DNA of 25,165 nucleotides, taken from positions 1-25,165 of IMG/VR virus record IMGVR_UViG_3300032668_000132, one strand, 5' to 3'. Of this stretch, positions 1 through 8,216 are shown piece by piece. The position numbers and the translations under genes were made by a program. The notes under the pieces were generated by a model. It was not told the DNA's origin, did no database searches, and saw only the letters and a program-made list of their open reading frames with translations. Each line of letters opens with the position of its first letter. Within the stretch, counting starts at the first letter, position 1. The DNA is from a virus. Taxonomy: Duplodnaviria > Caudoviricetes.

Positions 1-2
1 AT

Positions 3-1778
3 GGGCCTGTGAAGATCAGGGACGATTCAACTCATGGCTCACCAGACCGTGACACTATGTCGAATGCCCTTGAGAAGGATATGAACCACTACCTAACCGC
101 AGTAGCCAAAGAGTATTACCCAGACACGGATAAGATGCTTCTATTGCTGGGCTTTGGTGGAACGGCATTTAAGAAGGTTTACTATTGCCCACTCCGCAAT
201 CGTCCCGTATCCGAATCAATCGACGCTGATGACTTGATCGTCAACAACTCAGCCACGGACTTGGATGGCGCTCGTCGTATCACTCACCGTATTTATATGC
301 GCCCGTCTGTTGTGAAGCGGATGCAAATCATTGGTGCGTATCGTGACGTTCAATTGAATGATGCAAAGCAGCCAACGCTTGACGCCGTTCAAATGGAAAA
401 GAACGCGCAACAAGGCATTGCACAAGAGACCATGAACACGGATGACCGTGACCGTGAAATCTATGAATGCTATTGTGAGTTAAATGTTAAGGGCTACGAG
501 CACAAAATGGATGGCGCTGAGACGGGCTTAGAAGTTCCGTATCGCGTGACTATTGACGTGTCGTCAAAGCAAGTTTTGTCTATCGTCCGCAACTATGATG
601 AAGACACAGAAGATTTGCCTGAGGCACGTAAGAACTTTGTAAAATACACGTTTGTTCCGGGCTTTGGCTTCTACGACATTGGATTACTGCACATCCTTGG
701 CAATACGACAAATGCGGTTACAGCTGCGTGGCGTGAGTTGCTTGACGCTGGCATGTACGCCAACTTCCCCGGCTTCTTGTATGCCAAACAGTCTGGCCGT
801 CAGAACAGCAACATCTTCCGCGTTCCACCCGGCGGTGGCGCTCAGATTGACACTGGCGGTATGCCAATCAATCAGGCCGTTATGCCATTGCCTTATAAAG
901 AACCATCGGGTGCATTGGGTGCATTAGTTGAAAGTATGGCTCAGTATGGCCAGCGTTTGGGCGGAACTTCTGAGGCTGCGGTGGGCGAAGGTCGTTCAGA
1001 TGCTCCAGTCGGAACAACTATCGCATTGATTGAGCAGTCGGTTAAGGTTCTTAACTCTGTCCATAAGCGGATGCACGCCTCACAGGCTGATGAGTTCCAA
1101 CTTCTGGCTAACTGCTTCAAGGAAAACCCCGAATCATTCTGGCAGCGCAATCGTCGCCCTAATATTCCGTGGGATGAGCAGCAGTTCCTTCAGGCGCTTG
1201 AAGATTTTGATATGGTCCCACAGGCCGATCCAAACACGTCATCGAGCAGCCAGCGCATCATGAAGGTCGCGGCACTTGTCCAGATGGCTACGCAAGACCC
1301 AACGGGCTTCAATCTCCCTGAAGTACGCAAGGAAGCATTGAGCGCAGTCGGTTGGGAAAGCCCAGACAGGTTCTTGGCTCCTCCAGTTCCGCCACAGCCA
1401 AATCCAGCGGATCAGGCTAAGCAAGTTGATTCGCAAGCTAAGATGATTACGGCTCAGGCTAAAATGGCTGAAGTGCAACATAAAGTGAGTGGCGGCGAGA
1501 ACCAGCAGTCACAGGCTAATCCGCAAGAGCTACAGATCAAGATGATGTCTGAGCAGAACCAAGCTGATGAGATTAAGCAGAAGTCAGAAGATAGTCAGAT
1601 TGACGCTGTGAACCGCCAACGTGACCGTGAAAGCCGTGAACGTCTGGCGGCGGTTAAATTGGCTGAGGAAGTCATGAAGAACCCAATGGACGGTATGCAC
1701 GTGGTTAGCCAGATGCTTGATCCAAACATGATCCAGCGTTTGGAAGCCAACGAACAACCTGAGGGAAAGTTGCAATAA
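3..1778 (+). CDS. Phage portal protein (5'-truncated by window edge)
   Basis: Frame is open from the window start (GPVKIRDD...). Portal-like motifs include GTAFKKVYY, FVKYTFVPGFGFYDIGL, ELLDAG, GEGRSDAPVGTTIALIEQ and VHKRMH, followed by a Gln-rich coiled-coil tail. Lies upstream of scaffold and capsid genes. Confidence 0.85.
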   Translation, partial: GPVKIRDDSTHGSPDRDTMSNALEKDMNHYLTAVAKEYYPDTDKMLLLLGFGGTAFKKVYYCPLRNRPVSESIDADDLIVNNSATDLDGARRITHRIYMRPSVVKRMQIIGAYRDVQLNDAKQPTLDAVQMEKNAQQGIAQETMNTDDRDREIYECYCELNVKGYEHKMDGAETGLEVPYRVTIDVSSKQVLSIVRNYDEDTEDLPEARKNFVKYTFVPGFGFYDIGLLHILGNTTNAVTAAWRELLDAGMYANFPGFLYAKQSGRQNSNIFRVPPGGGAQIDTGGMPINQAVMPLPYKEPSGALGALVESMAQYGQRLGGTSEAAVGEGRSDAPVGTTIALIEQSVKVLNSVHKRMHASQADEFQLLANCFKENPESFWQRNRRPNIPWDEQQFLQALEDFDMVPQADPNTSSSSQRIMKVAALVQMATQDPTGFNLPEVRKEALSAVGWESPDRFLAPPVPPQPNPADQAKQVDSQAKMITAQAKMAEVQHKVSGGENQQSQANPQELQIKMMSEQNQADEIKQKSEDSQIDAVNRQRDRESRERLAAVKLAEEVMKNPMDGMHVVSQMLDPNMIQRLEANEQPEGKLQ

Positions 1779-1819
1779 AGGGTTGATTGTGACGGTTTGA
1801 CTTGCGATTATGATCCCAC

Positions 1820-1972
1820 TTGGACCGCTGCGGCGGCGAGTGGCTGCGGGATGTTCCTGTAGTTAGTCATCGGGCTTATCCTTCGCGGGGTCGGTCCGGC
1901 TTCAAGTCCTCCTATTGTTTTTCCTGACTTGGCCCATTCCTTATTCGCAGTATGGAATGGGCATTTTCCAAG
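1820..1972 (+). ncRNA. Candidate structured RNA (three-way junction plus downstream hairpin)
   Basis: Pairings found by eye: GGACCG 1822-27 / CGGTCC 1892-97; TGGCTGCGGGA / TCCTGTAGTTA (several G-U pairs); ATCCT / GGGGT; GCCCATTCC 1932-40 / GGAATGGGC 1954-62. Confidence 0.3.
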
Positions 1973-2098
1973 GTTAAGATATTGATTGAATTGATGAGAC
2001 AGTACGGCTGTGTAGTTGAAGTCGGTGTAATTGTAGGCTGGTTTTTTGCCGTAGCTTATTTCGTACACGTCTTGGTTCGCACGTTAGTTGGCAAATAA
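1952..2098 (+). CDS. Candidate 48-aa single-TM membrane peptide (not in ORF track)
   Basis: Manual translation: MEWAFSKVKILIELMRQYGCVVEVGVIVGWFFAVAYFVHVLVRTLVGK*. Hydrophobic stretch followed by basic residues. Alternative starts are TTG 1982 (AAGGT 7 nt upstream) and ATG 1994. Confidence 0.35.
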   Translation: MEWAFSKVKILIELMRQYGCVVEVGVIVGWFFAVAYFVHVLVRTLVGK

Positions 2099-2116
2099 AC
2101 CAATATAAAGTATGAT
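2088..2116 (+). promoter_or_regulatory. Sigma70-type promoter
   Basis: TTGGCA-N17-TATGAT upstream of an AGGAG RBS and ATG 2142. Confidence 0.6.
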
Positions 2117-2141
2117 GCTGTCGCCCTAGGAGTGATAGCAG

Positions 2142-4637
2142 ATGCCTTTACCATATGATCCAACTTCAAGTTCAGATGATGATATTGGAGCGGCATTAAA
2201 TGTTGCGCGTAATCGCGATCCTATGGCCGATGCTATTCAAAATAAGATCAGTGGCCTTAATCAATCGCTTACGGGATTAGACTTGGAGGCTAATACGCCT
2301 CAGTTTAATACAGGTATTGGTGGTGCTGGTATGCCTTCTGGCTTTATCCCTCATGGTGATTCACAAAGAAATAATAACCTCGCTGCCTTTCAAGAGAATA
2401 ATCATCCTGAAGTTCCGCACGTAGCATATCATGGAACAGATGCTGATTTTAGTACGTTTAATCCAGAAAAAATTGCAACAAAAACAGATAATGGATATTT
2501 AGGACACGGTTTTTACTTTGATGAATCTCCTATTGTTGCAAGTGCGTATGGAAGAAAAGGCAATGTTATGCCTGTTCATCTTGCTATGGAAAATCCATTG
2601 CATCTTAAATATCAAATTCAAAATGGTAGAGAAGTAGATAGAGAAAAGTTAATTCGTTCACATCTTAATTTGCCATCTGATGCAACGCCTATGGATATTA
2701 CAAATGAAGTAAAATCTCGTGGTCATGATGGAATTATTTATAATGGTGCTTGGGGAAACAAAGAAATTGTTGCCTTTAATCCTACTCAAATCAAATCCGC
2801 TACGGGCAACAACGGCCAGTTTGATCCAACTAGCCCCCGTATTAATGAAGCAAGAGGTGGTGATGTGAGAGTAAATCATAAAAAGGGCGGTCGTACATTA
2901 GGCAATAACGCCATTGATAATGCGTTGCGGCTTGCTACTGGCGGCGTTGCTGATGACGATACGCCTACTGCACCTATTACATTACAAGATTTAAAGGATT
3001 GGAAACAAGCCCATCCTTTATCATTAAGCAAAAACGCAATGGATAATATCTTCACCAGCCGCCAGTCGGGCTTTGAAGGTGCTGAACCTATTGCGATGCC
3101 AGCTAATCTTGATGAGTTGATGGCTTATTTACGTCGTCAGCATCATGCAGACGGTGGTAGAGCACATTTTGATGATGGCGGTGAAGCTAGTGGCGATCCA
3201 CGCGGCAATGAGGCTGGCATGGCAGATCGTTCTCAGCCTGAAGGGCCATCGGCTGACCCCCGTGGTAATGAGGCGGGTCTTGCTGACCGTTCGCAACCGG
3301 ACGCAGCTCAAGCAGATGTTGGGTCGCGTGCATTTGGCGGCGACTTTAATGTTGGAGAAGCTAATTTAACCGGTCATCAAATGCCATCTGACATTAGCGG
3401 TTACAGCGAACAGCGCATGAATACGCCGTATGAAGGGTCGTTGTTGAGCGCGACAATGGACCCAAGCACTGCATTTGGCATGGGTTATGGTTCATTGGTT
3501 GGTCGGCAGAATACTCTTGCTGGCGCAGCTGGCTTCCTTGGGAGTGCAATGGGTGAGAGCGGGGCTGGCCTTGATCCGTCAGCCATTAACGCTGGCTCTA
3601 TTGGCATGTTGCAGGAAACCGGCCCAAGGCGTGTTGGCTTAGAAAATACTTTAGGGATTGATACTTCGCTTACAGGAAATGCGTTGCGTGATGCTTTGGC
3701 TGGAACGCAAATGGCTCAATTGGGCTATGGTTTAAATGAAGTTCAAACAAATCCCGGCTACAGTGCGACAAGAAATGCAATGGCAACGGGGACCGATGCA
3801 GCCAATGTAGCAGATGTGGCGTTGCAGAATTTTGAACGCCCTACCTTGGAAAACCAGATACTGTCAGCGCCATCTCGTGAGGCATATGCTCAAGGTATTA
3901 TGGCGGGTAATCCATCGGGCGCTACTTTAGGCGTAGGTCAATATGATGCGGCCCCTGCCAGCTTTATGGGTGCATTGATGGGTGGCGTTAAACAAGCAGA
4001 CCAGCAGCGCGCAAGAACTAGTGGTTATGATTCCGGATCAATGTTGGCTGGCTCTTCAGTTACTGATGCAAGTAATGATCCGGCTATTATTGCTGCTCGT
4101 AATGCGGCTATTGCTTCGGGTGAAATGCCACAATCTAACCCATATGCAGGATTTAGCAGCGAAGACCCAGCTGAAATTGCACGTTATAATGCCGCTATGA
4201 ACGCTGTCGGTCCCAAAAATGCTTATGCTGATACGACTTTAGGGCAACGAGTTCCAGATGTTACAAGCAATAATCCGTTCGTAAACATGGTTCAGGGCGC
4301 AAGTAATGCAGTAACTAATATGATTACTCCATCATATGGCATTAACTCTCCAGAGTATAACGAGATTAGCCAAGCGGTTGACATTGCTCGTGAGCCTAGG
4401 GATGGTCGTGGCGGTGAACAGCCATACATTCCACCCACGGCTACTGCACAGGCACCGGCGGCTCCAGTTGCCCCATATACGACTGAACTTGGAACGTACA
4501 ACCAGCAGCTTCCATCAGTTGGTGGTATGACTGCGGCTCAATGGGCTGCGGCTAATACTGCGGGTGATATGTCTAAGGTTCATGGTCGTATCAAGTACGT
4601 TAATGGTGCGCCAATGCTGGAATACTACACTCAGTAA
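2142..4637 (+). CDS. Polyvalent protein: HYE-type ADP-ribosyltransferase-like domain (ART-PolyVal-like) plus phage tail lysozyme-like domain; probable virion-internal/ejected protein
   Basis: ART-like motifs YHGT, LGHGFYF, GHDGIIY, KEIVAFNPTQIKS at about 2400-2850. Tail-lysozyme-like motifs AAGFLGSAMGESG, GMLQETGPRR, QLGYGLNE, NFERP at about 3520-3845. Good RBS. Confidence 0.7.
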   Translation: MPLPYDPTSSSDDDIGAALNVARNRDPMADAIQNKISGLNQSLTGLDLEANTPQFNTGIGGAGMPSGFIPHGDSQRNNNLAAFQENNHPEVPHVAYHGTDADFSTFNPEKIATKTDNGYLGHGFYFDESPIVASAYGRKGNVMPVHLAMENPLHLKYQIQNGREVDREKLIRSHLNLPSDATPMDITNEVKSRGHDGIIYNGAWGNKEIVAFNPTQIKSATGNNGQFDPTSPRINEARGGDVRVNHKKGGRTLGNNAIDNALRLATGGVADDDTPTAPITLQDLKDWKQAHPLSLSKNAMDNIFTSRQSGFEGAEPIAMPANLDELMAYLRRQHHADGGRAHFDDGGEASGDPRGNEAGMADRSQPEGPSADPRGNEAGLADRSQPDAAQADVGSRAFGGDFNVGEANLTGHQMPSDISGYSEQRMNTPYEGSLLSATMDPSTAFGMGYGSLVGRQNTLAGAAGFLGSAMGESGAGLDPSAINAGSIGMLQETGPRRVGLENTLGIDTSLTGNALRDALAGTQMAQLGYGLNEVQTNPGYSATRNAMATGTDAANVADVALQNFERPTLENQILSAPSREAYAQGIMAGNPSGATLGVGQYDAAPASFMGALMGGVKQADQQRARTSGYDSGSMLAGSSVTDASNDPAIIAARNAAIASGEMPQSNPYAGFSSEDPAEIARYNAAMNAVGPKNAYADTTLGQRVPDVTSNNPFVNMVQGASNAVTNMITPSYGINSPEYNEISQAVDIAREPRDGRGGEQPYIPPTATAQAPAAPVAPYTTELGTYNQQLPSVGGMTAAQWAAANTAGDMSKVHGRIKYVNGAPMLEYYTQ
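3192..3302 (+). repeat. In-frame tandem repeat, 60-nt period (DPRGNEAG[M/L]ADRSQP x2)
   Basis: Two near-identical peptide units with synonymous codon differences. Confidence 0.85.
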
Positions 4638-4644
4638 AGTATGA

Positions 4645-4673
4645 TTGTACAAATACTAAAAACACGCTATTAT
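4645..4673 (+). promoter_or_regulatory. Sigma70-type promoter
   Basis: TTGTAC-N17-TATTAT upstream of AGGAG (4688-4692) and ATG 4699. Confidence 0.6.
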
Positions 4674-4698
4674 TCGTCGTCCCTGTCAGGAGTTGTCC

Positions 4699-5946
4699 AT
4701 GTCTGAATTAGCTAAATCATCACGCGAAGCAATGCGTGCAAAGGCGAAACGTCTTACCTCTGGTGAACCACACACTAAGGTTGATTCGTCCACATGGTCT
4801 CCTCCTGAGATGGAAAACGCTGGTATCAAGACCGGTGCTCGCCCACTTAGCAAGCGTCAGTACAAGTCTGGCGGCAAAGTTCATGGAGCAGACGCTAAGA
4901 AGCGTGCTGACCGTGCCAAGCGTAAGTCGGGTGGACGCACTGAGAGTGTTGATCGTTCAAAGCGTTTCCTGACGCCAGACAATTTGATTAACCGCGACGT
5001 TCGCATGGCTAACGATGACCGTGAAGGCATTAAGCATGTAGGCGCATTTAAAAAGGGTGGTAAGGTAAAACGTACTAAGCACGCTGATGGTAGTGCTGTT
5101 CCGTTGCCTCCACGTCGTCCAGTTCCGCTTCCTCCACGTCGTCCAACGGATATGGATGGGATTCGTCTTGATCCAGCTATGCAAGCAATTCAAGATGCTA
5201 AGGCTCTTGCAATGCAAGATGCTGCTCGTAAAGCCAATGCAGCCAATTTTGATGCCCAGCAGCAAGAATATCAGCGCAACCTTCCGCAAAACCAGAAACG
5301 TGGCGGCAAGGTAAAAGATCGCAAGCATCACGCTCGTGGTGGTCATGCTCATCCTGATGAGGCAGAAGATAAGGCGCTCATCAAGAAGATGATTAAGACT
5401 TCGGCTATGAAGCGTGATGAACATTGCTGGGGCGGTGAAACCAAGCAGAAGAAGGCTGACGGCGGCAAGATTGATTGGCTCCGCAAGAAGCACGCTAAGG
5501 GCGGCGAAGTATTTTCTGGCAATTCGGTTACGAAAATTCCGGGTGAAGTACCGGGCGGTCGTCACGCTCATAAGTCCGGCGGCAAGGCTAAGGGCAAGAC
5601 ACACATTAATATCAATGTGAATGCTCATCCGGCTGGCGGTATGCCAATGGCTGGTGGTCCAATGGGTGGCCCTCCTACCCCTCCAATGCCTCCAATTCCT
5701 CCAATGGCTCCTCCTGCTGGTGGTCCTCCAATGGGCGGTGGTCAGCAGATTAATCCAGCTATGCTTGCGATGTTGGCCAAGGGCGGCGCTGGCGGTCCTC
5801 CTCCAATGCCTCCTCAGGGTGGTATGCCAATGGCTCGCAAGTCAGGTGGTCGCACGATGGGTAAGCCTGAGCATATTATCGATCACGCCGCTGGTGGTGG
5901 TCTTGGCCGTCTTGAAAAGATCAAGGCATACGGCCACAAAGCATAA
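4699..5946 (+). CDS. Basic low-complexity phage protein with about 11 [K/A]xGG motifs and a Pro/Met/Gly-rich C-terminal region
   Basis: ORF track 4693..5946. ATG 4699 preferred because AGGAG lies 6 nt upstream. Rich in K/R/H, with a duplicated VPLPPRRP. Confidence 0.8.
   Translation: MSELAKSSREAMRAKAKRLTSGEPHTKVDSSTWSPPEMENAGIKTGARPLSKRQYKSGGKVHGADAKKRADRAKRKSGGRTESVDRSKRFLTPDNLINRDVRMANDDREGIKHVGAFKKGGKVKRTKHADGSAVPLPPRRPVPLPPRRPTDMDGIRLDPAMQAIQDAKALAMQDAARKANAANFDAQQQEYQRNLPQNQKRGGKVKDRKHHARGGHAHPDEAEDKALIKKMIKTSAMKRDEHCWGGETKQKKADGGKIDWLRKKHAKGGEVFSGNSVTKIPGEVPGGRHAHKSGGKAKGKTHININVNAHPAGGMPMAGGPMGGPPTPPMPPIPPMAPPAGGPPMGGGQQINPAMLAMLAKGGAGGPPPMPPQGGMPMARKSGGRTMGKPEHIIDHAAGGGLGRLEKIKAYGHKA
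5098..5145 (+). repeat. 24-nt tandem duplication encoding VPLPPRRP x2
   Basis: gttccgttgcctccacgtcgtcca followed by gttccgcttcctccacgtcgtcca. Confidence 0.85.
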
Positions 5947-5974
5947 TCTTTGGTTTCTCCCCCAAAGACGAACT

Positions 5975-6006
5975 AAGCCGTGGCTTAATTGCTGCGGCTT
6001 TTTTTT
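5975..6006 (+). terminator. Rho-independent terminator, preceded by a second hairpin at 5947-5968
   Basis: AAGCCGTGGC-ttaatt-GCTGCGGCTT followed by a T-run. Upstream hairpin is TCTTTGG/CCAAAGA. Confidence 0.8.
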
Positions 6007-6075
6007 GTTTAAATTCATTGGGACATTACCATCATCGCAAACAAATAACCTAAGAGCGGTATTATAGTACCCCTC

Positions 6076-6288
6076 ATGGCACAAACATATTCAGACAGGT
6101 TCGCCCGCATACTTGCTCAATTGATTGATGAGACAATCATTGAGGAGATGGACCATTTGGGCAAGGGAATGATCGAGAACATAGCGGACTACAAGTACCG
6201 CTCTGGGATCATCTATGGTTTGCGAAAGGTTATCGACCTCATGGACGAGGCCGAATCCATTAATAACGGCAAAGAAAGGAATATCTAA
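6076..6288 (+). CDS. Hypothetical phage protein (70 aa), translationally coupled to the GroES-like gene
   Basis: Helical-looking ORF with a TAATG overlap into the next gene. No Shine-Dalgarno sequence. Confidence 0.75.
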   Translation: MAQTYSDRFARILAQLIDETIIEEMDHLGKGMIENIADYKYRSGIIYGLRKVIDLMDEAESINNGKERNI

Positions 6289-6680
6289 TGCCATATATGC
6301 GTATGGAGCACGCTGATGATCCAAAAAAAGCAATTTTAGAGGAAATTGGCAGTATTGATGACATTAACGTCTTCAATAACCAGATTTTGGTCGCAATCTA
6401 TATGCGTCCAGAGAAAACTAAGAGCGGCATCATCCTGACAGACGATACCCGCAGTGAAGATCGGTATCAGGGCAAGGTTGGTTTGGTTCTCAAGAAGGGC
6501 GCAACGGCTTTTGTTGATCCAGACAACAAATGGTTCGTTGATACCAATGTTGAAATTGGCGATTGGGTTTATTTCCGCGTCACGGATGGCTGGTCGGTCA
6601 ATGTTCATGGCGTCTCGTGCCGTATCCTTGAAGACACGGACATTCGTGGCAGCATTAAATATCCAGACACGGTTTGGTAA
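6288..6680 (+). CDS. groES: GroES/Cpn10-like co-chaperonin
   Basis: ILV...EKTKSGIIL mobile-loop motif, GKVGLVLKKG, VEIGDWV and ILEDTDI fit the Cpn10 pattern. Confidence 0.85.
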   Translation: MPYMRMEHADDPKKAILEEIGSIDDINVFNNQILVAIYMRPEKTKSGIILTDDTRSEDRYQGKVGLVLKKGATAFVDPDNKWFVDTNVEIGDWVYFRVTDGWSVNVHGVSCRILEDTDIRGSIKYPDTVW

Positions 6681-6689
6681 GAGGTTAGT

Positions 6690-7571
6690 ATGACTGAAGA
6701 GAAAGAAATTCAGCCGGAAGTCGAAGACAAGATTGAAGTTGTTAACGATGATGCTCCGGTAAATGTAGAAAAAGCTGCGGTTTCTGATGAAATTACGCCT
6801 GAAGAAGGCATTAATCATCTTAAAAAGCAGTTGGAAGATGAGCGTAAAGCTCGTTCTGATGCAGATAGACGTGCAAATGAAGCTCAACAGCTGGCTAACA
6901 AAGCACAACGTGACGTTCAGGACGGTGATTATCAGCTAATTGTGAGTGCTATTGATAAAGCAAAGAGTAATTCAGAGCTTTTGAAAAATGCTTACGCCGA
7001 ATCAATGGCGGCTGGTGACTATCGCAAGGTTGCGGATATCCAAGAAGCATTGGCATTGAATGCTAACAAGCTATCAACTCTTGAAAATGGTAAGTCAGCC
7101 CTTGAGAATAAGCTGAGGCAGCCCGTTCAACAGGTCAACAATGATCCCGTTGAAGAATTTGCGTCACGTCTTACGCCACGTTCGGCCAATTGGATTAGAA
7201 ATAATCCAGATTACGCTCGTGATCCTAAGAAGTACGAGAGTATGGTTCGCGCACACAACCACGCAATGGGTGAAGGATACGTTCCCGACACTGATGCGTA
7301 TTTCCAGCATGTTGAAAGCCGTCTTGGTCTGCGTAATGCGCCAGAACCAGAGGCAGATGATGATGTTGTCTCGATTGCAGCCGCTCCAACTCAGAAAAGA
7401 ACGGCAGCACCCGCAGCACCAACCACCCGCATGGCATCAAACACATCTGGTAAACCGACAACTGTTCGGTTGACACCGGAGCAGCGTGAAATGGCATCCA
7501 TGATGGGTTACTCGCCTGAAGATTATGCAAAATACATGGTCGCGCTGAAGCGTGAAGGCCGTATAAACTAA
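6690..7571 (+). CDS. Putative capsid scaffolding protein
   Basis: Acidic N-terminus, long coiled coil and a C-terminal helix-turn-helix-like segment (VRLTPEQREMASMMGYSPEDYAKY). Located upstream of the capsid gene. Confidence 0.7.
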   Translation: MTEEKEIQPEVEDKIEVVNDDAPVNVEKAAVSDEITPEEGINHLKKQLEDERKARSDADRRANEAQQLANKAQRDVQDGDYQLIVSAIDKAKSNSELLKNAYAESMAAGDYRKVADIQEALALNANKLSTLENGKSALENKLRQPVQQVNNDPVEEFASRLTPRSANWIRNNPDYARDPKKYESMVRAHNHAMGEGYVPDTDAYFQHVESRLGLRNAPEPEADDDVVSIAAAPTQKRTAAPAAPTTRMASNTSGKPTTVRLTPEQREMASMMGYSPEDYAKYMVALKREGRIN

Positions 7572-7581
7572 GGATATGATT

Positions 7582-8121
7582 ATGACTGAAGCAGATAAGT
7601 ATAAAGTAGAAAAGGTTCCAGCACGTCAGCCAGTTCGTGAGGCTCTGCGTGATGAAGCCCCCCGTGAACGTGCAGCCCGTCGTGCGGAACAAATCCGCAA
7701 TCAGCGTGGTGGACTTGATAGTGATGGCATTGATGAGTTTTATGTCGATGCATCTATTGTTCCAGATGGCTGGTCCTATGAATGGAAACGTCACACCTTT
7801 TTAGGCAAGGAAGACCCGTCCTATCAAGTCCAGATCGCTCGTGGTGGTTGGGAACCAGTCCCAGCAAGTCGTCATCCTGAGATGATGCCATCAGGTAATT
7901 ACACAATTATTGAGCGTAAAGGCCAAGTTTTGATGGAACGTCCTTTGACGTTGACAAATGAAGCGCGTGATATAGAATTGCGTCGTGCTAGAACACAAGT
8001 ACGTGCTAAAGAAGCACAACTTAGTACAGCACCCGATGGAACTATGACTCGCGAACATGATCGCGTCCGTCCTTCGGTAAAGAAGTCGTTTAGCCCTATC
8101 CCTGTTCCAGAGGATAAGTAA
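7582..8121 (+). CDS. Hypothetical head-module protein
   Basis: PDGWSYEWKR, GWEPVPASRHPE and GQVLMERP motifs, recalled from this position in related phages. ATG 7582 fits the AAGGA RBS spacing better than 7576. Confidence 0.75.
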   Translation: MTEADKYKVEKVPARQPVREALRDEAPRERAARRAEQIRNQRGGLDSDGIDEFYVDASIVPDGWSYEWKRHTFLGKEDPSYQVQIARGGWEPVPASRHPEMMPSGNYTIIERKGQVLMERPLTLTNEARDIELRRARTQVRAKEAQLSTAPDGTMTREHDRVRPSVKKSFSPIPVPEDK

Positions 8122-8130
8122 ACGACGAAC

Positions 8131-8194
8131 ACTCGCCCTTGGGGAGGCGGGTCACAATTATTCTAGGTTGGCAGTGCCGGGCGCATAGCAACCT
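8131..8194 (+). promoter_or_regulatory. Two-hairpin leader upstream of the decoration/capsid genes
   Basis: ACTCGCC 8131-37 / GGCGGGT 8146-52. AGGTTG 8165-70 / CAACCT 8189-94, with inner GTGC/GCGC. Confidence 0.45.
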
Positions 8195-8216
8195 TCATCA
8201 TTCAGGATTATCTGCT

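Noticed and set aside
1822-1912. tRNA gene (76-nt closed stem, TTCAAGTCC nearby)
   Set aside because: The T-loop-like sequence lies outside the closing stem and lacks a paired T-stem. No D arm or anticodon arm geometry and no CCA.
1808-2068. 86-aa minus-strand ORF in the portal-ART gap
   Set aside because: GTG start without an RBS, no recognisable motif, and opposite to every credible gene. It overlaps the + strand structure and TM-peptide candidates. Not fully excluded.
8139-8216. TTG-started extension of the decoration gene
   Set aside because: It runs through the hairpin leader. The RBS and protein character support ATG 8217.
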